A stretch of 24,000 nucleotides of DNA. It comes from Candidatus Geothermarchaeum rappei (GTDB taxonomy: Archaea > Thermoproteota > Nitrososphaeria > Geothermarchaeales > JDFR-13). Made by a program: the position numbers and the translations under genes. How positions within the stretch are numbered: position 1 is the first letter of the stretch; the number at the start of each line of letters is the position of its first letter. The notes under the pieces were generated by a model, which made no database searches, had not been told where the DNA came from, and worked only from the letters and a program-made list of their open reading frames with translations. The stretch lies in the NCBI GenBank assembly GCA_002011085.2, contig MTMB02000001.1, forward strand, positions 1,559,547 to 1,583,546, written 5' to 3'. Positions 16,762 through 24,000 of the stretch are shown in pieces.

Positions 16762-19164
16762 ATGGTGAGTATAATTATGAAGTTTAAGCCTAAGTTAAAA
16801 GAAAAGCGTTGGAATGTAGAGAACGAGTTAAAATTACTTGAGATATGGGAAAAGGAGGGGGTTATGGAGTTTGAGAACGTTGAGGATAAACCAATTTTTT
16901 CTATTGACACTCCACCACCATATGCATCCGGTAGTTGGCATGTAGGAGCCGCGGCCCACTATTGTCAATTTGACATGTTTGCTAGGTATTTTAGGTTAAA
17001 GGGTTATCAGGTATTGTTCCCCATGGGTATAGATAGGAATGGTTTACCTATAGAGATACGTGTTGAGCAAAAATATGGGATTAGAGCAAGGGAAGTGGAT
17101 AGGGAGTATTTTATAAGGCTATGTAGAGAGAATCTGGATATCTATGAGAAGGATATTCTAGATATCGTACGTCGAATGGGTATGATGGCTAGATACTGGG
17201 ATCCATACAGAACTGACAGCCCCGATTACCGTGCTCTCACACAAGCCACTTTTATCGAGTTATGGAAGAAGGGTCTAATATATGAAGATGACCGGCCTAC
17301 GATATGGTGCCCCGTATGTCATACAACTATAGCTGAGGCTGAGGTGGAGTATAAGACAAAGGATGGTTTCTTATATTATGTACGTTTCCCACTTGAGGAA
17401 GGGGGGTATATTGTGATCGCTACTACCAGGCCTGAGTTAATTGGGGCCACCGCTGCAGTAATGTATAACCCTGAGGATGGGCGATACCGAGATTTAGAAG
17501 GTAAAAAGGCTCTACTACCCATCTATAATAAACCTGTCCCAATTATCCCTCACCCTATAGTTGATCCTGAATATGGAACAGGTCTAATGATGCTCTCCTC
17601 GTTCGGTGACCTAACGGATGTCAGATTATTTAGAGAATTAGGATTTGAACCTAACGTACTAATTGACAAAGACGGGTGCATGAATGAGAAGGCCGGTAAA
17701 TATAAGGGATTGACTGTAGAGGAAGCGAGGAAGGCAATCGTAAATGATCTGAAAGAGATGGGTCTACTGGAAAAAAGCGTCCCTGTAAAGCAGAATGTAC
17801 CTATGTGCTGGCGTTCACGTAATCCTGTAGAATTCATAATAACTCGTGATCTATACCTTAAACAAATCGAGTTTAAGGAGGAGCTTAAGCGTTTAGCAGA
17901 TAAGATAAGGTTTTTCCCCGAGATACATAAAACTATTTTAATCAACTGGATAGAGTCTCTCTCTATAGACTGGGCTATCACTAGGACACGATATTATGGT
18001 ACAGAGGTTCCACTATGGTATTGTAAGAAATGTGGGCATCCACATGTGCCCGAGCCAGGAAGGTATTACAGACCATGGAAAGACCCTGCGCCATTCGATG
18101 AATGTGAAAAATGTGGCCATAAGGAATTTGTAGGAGATCCTAGGACATTTGACACGTGGATGGACTCAAGTGTCTCAGCATTATATATAAGTGGATATGG
18201 CAAGGACGAGAAATTGTTTAATAGAGCCTTTCCTGTAAGTGTCCGTCCTCAGGGTATCGATATAGTTAGGACATGGCTACACTATTCCTTATTAAGAATC
18301 TATCTCCTCACAGGTAAACCTGCGTTTAAGATGATTCGACTATCAGGAATGGGCCTTGATGAACATGGACATGCGATGCATAAGTCTTTAGGTAATGTTG
18401 TGCTACCCATGCCTATATTATCTAAATATGGCGCGGATGCGTTTAGGGTATGGAGCGCATCTGAAACAAAACTGGGCTTTAACTATAGATACTCAGAGGC
18501 AAAGATAGAGGCTGCTAGACGTTTTATAACAAAACTCTGGAATGTAGCACGCTTTATATCTATGTTTCCATATATCAATGATTTTAACAAAAATCATCTT
18601 CTCCCGCTTGACAAACAAATTATCGTCGAAGTGGACAAATTGATAAACACCGCAAGAGAGGAGTATGAAACACTTGATTTCTTCTACACTACAAATAACC
18701 TAAAGAACTTCGTATGGAACATCTATGCCTCCCATTATTTGGAATTAGTGAAGAATAGAGCATATAACTACAGTGGTGAATTTAGTGAAACAGAACAGAA
18801 AAGCGCATGGTATACTCTTCATCGAACATTAAAAACAATTCTCTTATTGCTTCATCCTGTTGCACCATTTGTTACAGACTACATCTGGCGTAAATTGTAT
18901 AATCCAAAAGGTATATTATCAGAGAAGTTTCCCGAGCCAAGTGGATTTGAAGTTACACCAAAATTTGACTTGATAATGAAGTTGGACTCTGCGATATGGA
19001 AGTTTAAAGAGTCCCGTGGGCTTTCATTGAAAGACGGTATATCAGAGGCTGTTTTACCAAAAGCCCTAGAAGAATTCCATAAGGACATCAAAGCCACTCA
19101 TAACATAAAAGAAATAAAATATGACGACAGCATAGATGTAGAGAGCATAAAACTTTCTCTCTAA
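16762..19164 (+). CDS. valS: Valyl-tRNA synthetase (archaeal type)
   Basis: 800 aa; IFSIDTPPPYASGSWHVGAAAHYCQFDMFARYFRLKGYQVLFPMGIDRNGLPIE, editing-domain TTRPELIGATAAV, Zn motifs, HAMHKSLGNVV. Confidence 0.93.
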   Translation: MVSIIMKFKPKLKEKRWNVENELKLLEIWEKEGVMEFENVEDKPIFSIDTPPPYASGSWHVGAAAHYCQFDMFARYFRLKGYQVLFPMGIDRNGLPIEIRVEQKYGIRAREVDREYFIRLCRENLDIYEKDILDIVRRMGMMARYWDPYRTDSPDYRALTQATFIELWKKGLIYEDDRPTIWCPVCHTTIAEAEVEYKTKDGFLYYVRFPLEEGGYIVIATTRPELIGATAAVMYNPEDGRYRDLEGKKALLPIYNKPVPIIPHPIVDPEYGTGLMMLSSFGDLTDVRLFRELGFEPNVLIDKDGCMNEKAGKYKGLTVEEARKAIVNDLKEMGLLEKSVPVKQNVPMCWRSRNPVEFIITRDLYLKQIEFKEELKRLADKIRFFPEIHKTILINWIESLSIDWAITRTRYYGTEVPLWYCKKCGHPHVPEPGRYYRPWKDPAPFDECEKCGHKEFVGDPRTFDTWMDSSVSALYISGYGKDEKLFNRAFPVSVRPQGIDIVRTWLHYSLLRIYLLTGKPAFKMIRLSGMGLDEHGHAMHKSLGNVVLPMPILSKYGADAFRVWSASETKLGFNYRYSEAKIEAARRFITKLWNVARFISMFPYINDFNKNHLLPLDKQIIVEVDKLINTAREEYETLDFFYTTNNLKNFVWNIYASHYLELVKNRAYNYSGEFSETEQKSAWYTLHRTLKTILLLLHPVAPFVTDYIWRKLYNPKGILSEKFPEPSGFEVTPKFDLIMKLDSAIWKFKESRGLSLKDGISEAVLPKALEEFHKDIKATHNIKEIKYDDSIDVESIKLSL

Positions 19165-19178
19165 TATAGTTTCGTTAA

Positions 19179-20447
19179 TTAATAACGTAAGGGATATCGT
19201 AGCAGCGCTCCAATTCCACCAAACTGTTTAAATATTTTTCCATGTTCTGTCTTAGAAGATATTATCTCCACCTTAAAGCCATATTCATTAGCAGCGTCAT
19301 GCAGATAGTCTAACAACAACTTAACGTCTTCAGGATACATTATTCCATTACTACATTGAGGGCATTTTAAGCCACTATGCTCTAGGCGCTCTACATCCTG
19401 TGTCTTTACCATCTTCTCTTCTTCATATCCGCATGACTCGCATTTTAACTTTGTATAATAGTATTCAAAGTCATCCAAAATTAGGATCTTCTCAATAGCA
19501 CCATCGTATAGATGTCTTATAACATCCTTCAAACCATATAATACCATGTCATGTCTACGTGCCAATCTACTCATAAATTCATCTATGAGATTCTTTTCAT
19601 ATACGTATCGAACGTTTTTAAGGATGTCTTTTCCTTTTATAACCATCTCTCTAAGCCCTTCTTCTCCAGAATAGTTCGTATCTATATAATCAATGATCTT
19701 CTTTTTCAACCGATAATCCAAGTCACTTTCTTCAACAAAATTATACTTGGTAAAACCTGGGCCTCCAACAAGTATGCCTCTCAACCTATCAAATATATCT
19801 TCTCTTAGAAACACCTCATTTACATGTTTTGCAACCCTATCAAAATAATGATGTACCTCCATTTCACGTAGCCGCTCAAACCTTCTAGCGGACTGCCCCC
19901 CCGCCCGATGCTTACCTGGTATTCCAGATGTATATGTCGCTATAACATCAAGCCTCCTACCCTCTAGGAGGCCAATGGCAGCCTCGTTAATATCAATAGA
20001 TATCAACCCATAAACCTCTTTCTCCCTAAGTAGCTCCTCTAAATATTCTGTATGGAAATGATCATCACATCTATACAAGTTCACTTTAAGGGGCTCTGGC
20101 GGCTCAATCACATATATCTCCATCTTCTCACTCCCAGGAGGTCCTCTGGGAATAGCTCCACAAAACACAACCAACCCATTTTCAGGTGCCTGATCATAAT
20201 ATTTAAGCCTTTCAATAACCTTGAGAATAGCATCCTGAACATTCTTCCTAGTCGTATCCGATTTAATATTAGATGCAGTAGAGTATTCCTCTCTTAAATA
20301 TCCTATTACTTCACTCATTCTTCTATTGGGTGGAATATAAAGGCTAATTAATTCTGTGCCTCTCCCCTCTTTCTTCCTTATCTCATCTAACATCCTCTTA
20401 AGCCAATATTTCTCCATCTCCTTATCCTGCTTCTTCTTCATCTTCAT
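19179..20447 (-). CDS. prf1: Peptide chain release factor aRF1
   Basis: 422 aa; NIKS motif in TASNIKSDTTRKNV and GGQ motif in GKHRAGGQSARRFERLREME. Confidence 0.96.
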   Translation of the reverse strand: MKMKKKQDKEMEKYWLKRMLDEIRKKEGRGTELISLYIPPNRRMSEVIGYLREEYSTASNIKSDTTRKNVQDAILKVIERLKYYDQAPENGLVVFCGAIPRGPPGSEKMEIYVIEPPEPLKVNLYRCDDHFHTEYLEELLREKEVYGLISIDINEAAIGLLEGRRLDVIATYTSGIPGKHRAGGQSARRFERLREMEVHHYFDRVAKHVNEVFLREDIFDRLRGILVGGPGFTKYNFVEESDLDYRLKKKIIDYIDTNYSGEEGLREMVIKGKDILKNVRYVYEKNLIDEFMSRLARRHDMVLYGLKDVIRHLYDGAIEKILILDDFEYYYTKLKCESCGYEEEKMVKTQDVERLEHSGLKCPQCSNGIMYPEDVKLLLDYLHDAANEYGFKVEIISSKTEHGKIFKQFGGIGALLRYPLRY

Positions 20448-20530
20448 TACCTCTACCTCCCCAGGTTAATTGATTAGATTGAAGATATCTATATATAAAT
20501 AGCGTCCTCAAGCAATTTTATTGTAGAGTC

Positions 20531-21226
20531 ATGTATCGGAAGATCGTCATCAAATTGACTGGGCACATGCTTGATCCATCGGGAGACTATAATGAGCTTA
20601 TCTCACTTATAAACTTCATAAAGAGAGATCATCTAGACAACAAGAGAATATATTATTTAGTAGTTGGTGGCGGCCAATACGCTAGGACATTAATTGAAAA
20701 CTTGAGAAAACACGGTGTAAACGAATATTTACTTGACAAAATTGGAATTGAGACATCCCGTATACACGCTCTATTCATTTCATACCTATTGAGACCATAT
20801 GTCCATGAATATATTCCGAGGTCAATTGAGGAGGCTGTTTTACTTGATATGAGTAAAGAAGCTAACTTAGTTATGGGTGGCTTGTATCCAGGCTTCTCAA
20901 CAAACGCTGTTTCAGCGATGCTTGCAAAGGCGGTTAATGCAGATATCCTCCTAACTATGAGTAGAGGCGGTGGATTGTTCGATAAAAATCCAGAGAAGTA
21001 TCCGGATGCAAAGCTAATAAAGGAAGCGGACATATCGCTTGTAGGCAAGATTTTAGGAGTATACGACGAACGCGCAGGGCATTATCCCCTTCTTGACAAA
21101 ACCTCTATAAAGGTAATTGCTGAAAACGAGATCGATACATATATAATTCCCCCGACTCTACAGGCCCTTAAAAAAATACTTAATAAAGAAAACCCTGGAA
21201 CCCACATAGTGTTTAAATCTCCATAA
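20531..21226 (+). CDS. pyrH: Amino-acid-kinase family protein, probable uridylate kinase
   Basis: 231 aa; VVGGGQYAR, GGLYPGFSTNAVSAMLAKAVNADILLTMSRGGGLFDKNPEKYPDAKLI is typical of archaeal UMP kinase. Confidence 0.8.
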   Translation: MYRKIVIKLTGHMLDPSGDYNELISLINFIKRDHLDNKRIYYLVVGGGQYARTLIENLRKHGVNEYLLDKIGIETSRIHALFISYLLRPYVHEYIPRSIEEAVLLDMSKEANLVMGGLYPGFSTNAVSAMLAKAVNADILLTMSRGGGLFDKNPEKYPDAKLIKEADISLVGKILGVYDERAGHYPLLDKTSIKVIAENEIDTYIIPPTLQALKKILNKENPGTHIVFKSP

Positions 21227-21299
21227 ACATCTATGTCGAGTAAAAACCAATGTTGATAAATTTTTAATAATACTTCCATAGTATCATATATCCTTAGAC

Positions 21300-21404
21300 G
21301 GAGGGGTTCCCCTAGCCTGGTCAACGGGGGCAGGCTCAAGATCCGGGTGACGATGAGTCACCTGCTGGCGTAGGCCTTCGTGGGTTCAAATCCCACCCCC
21401 TCCA
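21300..21404 (+). tRNA. tRNA-Leu (CAA) with a 19-nt intron (21341-21359); CCA encoded 21405-21407
   Basis: Acceptor GGAGGGG/CCCCTCC; anticodon stem GCAGG/CCTGC; central helix CTCA/TGAG with AGA and TCA bulges; T-arm GTGGGTTCAAATCCCAC. Confidence 0.92.
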
Positions 21405-21407
21405 CCA

Positions 21408-21650
21408 TTTAAGATCTTGATGATAATTTTTCTAGGAATGGCCTAAAAACAAGGTGCTAAGCATCAAACAGTGGAATACAAGGTTAAAATAATTTTAGTA
21501 ACAAACATTAATGGTCAGTAATGATGGAAGCTCAGATAAATTATTAATACTTGTCAAGGAAACAAGCGGCTACCCATGAAGATTTTCATTGACTATAACA
21601 ACAATAGAATATATGTATTTGGACCCGTAGTAATGGTGAGAACCTTCTGA
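21408..21650 (+). pseudogene. Decayed C-terminal fragment of a gene homologous to the 21856-22746 secreted protein
   Basis: Hand translation of 21471-21518 gives VEYKVKIILVTNINGQ versus YEFEIKIISITRTEAC in the intact homolog. 21567-21650 gives RLPMKIFIDYNNNRIYVFGPVVMVRTF* versus WLPAIIIVDLISNKLFLIGPINMIGNI*. In-frame stops at 21444, 21519, 21522 and 21537. Confidence 0.7.
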
Positions 21651-21855
21651 TCCACCTTCTCTCATATCCAAACCATTCTGATTTAAGGAATAAAAATCCA
21701 AGTTAGTTGCTGGTATCTCAATTTTAGTTAATAATCTTGTCTAATAGATAAACGCCATATATTATATACAACATTATATCAACAATTTTTATTTATTCAG
21801 ACTTATTTTCTATTTATTGTATTATTATCAAAATATTTTCATAAGTAACGGGGCG

Positions 21856-22746
21856 ATGCAAGTGGGTAGAGAAAAATACTGCCCTCTTGCCTCAATAGTA
21901 ATATTCCTAATATTAGCTCATATTGCCATTTCTCCGACCGTATCCGCACAGAACATTGATTCTGGATGGATTCTACTAGGTACAGATCCTGATGAAGGAC
22001 GAACATTTGATTTGAAGCAGATATACTACAAAGTAGAGGGTAATCTACTCTACATAAAAATCGTTTTTTACAGACAATATACTTCCCTGACAACATTTGA
22101 TATACACATATTTCTAGATGTCGATGATAACGTTGATACTGGATACTATATGCCAAATAGAGAATTAGGCGCAGACTATTCACTATACATCGGCAACGAC
22201 GGTTACTATCGATATGGGACTCTCTCATTCATATGGAAAAGCTTAGGCCGAGGATGGGACACTTCCAACCCGATATTTGCTGAATACGAATATTACAGTT
22301 TTCCTTCAGATACCACCATAGTATGCTATGACTTAAGCAAACTTGAAGGCGTTGGAAATAGGATTCGAGCAATTTTCATAGACACCTCAGACTATCCAAT
22401 ATATGACTACTTTCCAGAAACTGGAAATATAGTCATGGAACTCATTCCCGAGAAATTAGTAGAGGCAAAAGGCGTAAGCACAAGTGGCCTCGCTAAATTG
22501 ACATTGGAAAAAGACCGCGGTGTCCTCAAAATCTACCCATATCCCTGGCTTGGAGACAAACTTCCATATGAGTTCGAGATCAAAATAATATCTATCACTA
22601 GAACAGAGGCATGCATGATAATTAATATTCAGATGAACTACAATATCCATGGAAAGGAAAACTGGCTTCCCGCTATAATAATAGTTGACTTGATAAGCAA
22701 CAAACTATTCCTAATAGGGCCGATAAACATGATAGGAAATATATAA
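21856..22746 (+). CDS. Predicted secreted/anchored beta-rich protein of unknown function
   Basis: Signal-peptide-like CPLASIVIFLILAHIAISPTVSAQ; beta-rich domain with DVDDNVDTG possible Ca-binding turn. Track start is 21817; ATG 21856 gives a conventional signal peptide. Confidence 0.72.
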   Translation: MQVGREKYCPLASIVIFLILAHIAISPTVSAQNIDSGWILLGTDPDEGRTFDLKQIYYKVEGNLLYIKIVFYRQYTSLTTFDIHIFLDVDDNVDTGYYMPNRELGADYSLYIGNDGYYRYGTLSFIWKSLGRGWDTSNPIFAEYEYYSFPSDTTIVCYDLSKLEGVGNRIRAIFIDTSDYPIYDYFPETGNIVMELIPEKLVEAKGVSTSGLAKLTLEKDRGVLKIYPYPWLGDKLPYEFEIKIISITRTEACMIINIQMNYNIHGKENWLPAIIIVDLISNKLFLIGPINMIGNI

Positions 22747-22884
22747 CCCTCTCTCTTCTTTTTAAGGATATAGAAGACGAAACCTCTCCTTAGCAGATAA
22801 CAACATATATAATATATCTTTTCATTATAATGTAAATTTCAATCTCCATGTATCCACGAGAGATTACGTTTATCGTAATAAAAC

Positions 22885-22894
22885 CTTATATATG
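22885..22894 (+). promoter_or_regulatory. Predicted archaeal TATA box of the rRNA operon
   Basis: AT-rich CTTATATATG preceded by purine-rich BRE-like AATAAAAC, about 25-30 nt before the structured leader. Confidence 0.6.
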
Positions 22895-22930
22895 GGTATT
22901 AACTTAAAATAAAATGGCTAAAGCTAATAA

Positions 22931-23002
22931 ATCCGCGCGGCGGTATCCCGGTGACCAAAGCTGTATAGCAAGGGATGAAGCCGCGGATCTCCACGCGCGG
23001 AT
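22931..23002 (+). other. Structured element in the 16S rRNA leader (9-bp closing stem)
   Basis: ATCCGCGCG (22931-22939) is the perfect reverse complement of CGCGCGGAT (22994-23002); inner stems GCGG/CCGC and ATCCC/GGGAT. Confidence 0.7.
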
Positions 23003-23011
23003 ACAGCATGA

Positions 23012-23045
23012 CGACCCAACCGAATAATAATAGATGGTTGGGTCG
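23012..23045 (+). other. 16S leader hairpin, 10-bp perfect stem
   Basis: CGACCCAACC (23012-23021) / GGTTGGGTCG (23036-23045), 14-nt AT-rich loop. Confidence 0.8.
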
Positions 23046-23106
23046 GAGGAGAGGAAACCTAAACTAGCCTATGCGGCCTCCCACGGGCGGCGTACTCCCG
23101 CGAGAG

Positions 23107-24000
<894 letters not shown>

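Noticed and set aside
21408-21440. TTGATGAT resembling a C/D-box sRNA C box downstream of tRNA-Leu
   Set aside because: No matching D/C'/D' boxes at usable spacing; the region is better explained as a decayed coding fragment.

Overview
The 24-kb window comes from a hyperthermophilic archaeon, most likely Thermoproteota/Crenarchaeota. I infer this from the archaeal information-processing genes, four intron-bearing tRNAs, and a very GC-rich 16S rRNA gene in an AT-rich genome. It holds housekeeping genes: NucS, ThiL, phosphohexomutase, a tRNA-endonuclease-family protein, UbiA-type DGGGP synthase, HisRS, SAM hydroxide adenosyltransferase, cation/H+ antiporter, ValRS, aRF1 and UMP kinase. There is an MtnA plus class II aldolase pair, seven tRNA genes, and the 5' ~890 nt of a 16S rRNA gene with a structured leader. 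The main accessory block is a compact System I cytochrome c maturation (Ccm) operon at 4004-8932, ordered ccmF, membrane thioredoxin-like, ccmC, ccmD-like micro-ORF (missing from the ORF track), ccmE (CXXXY type), ccmA, ccmB. No CcmH is seen. The other notable observation is a decayed fragment of a secreted-protein gene. It starts directly 3' of the intron-containing tRNA-Leu(CAA), with an intact homolog just downstream, which hints at past recombination or insertion at that tRNA. I found no CRISPR array, transposase or obviously novel defence system.
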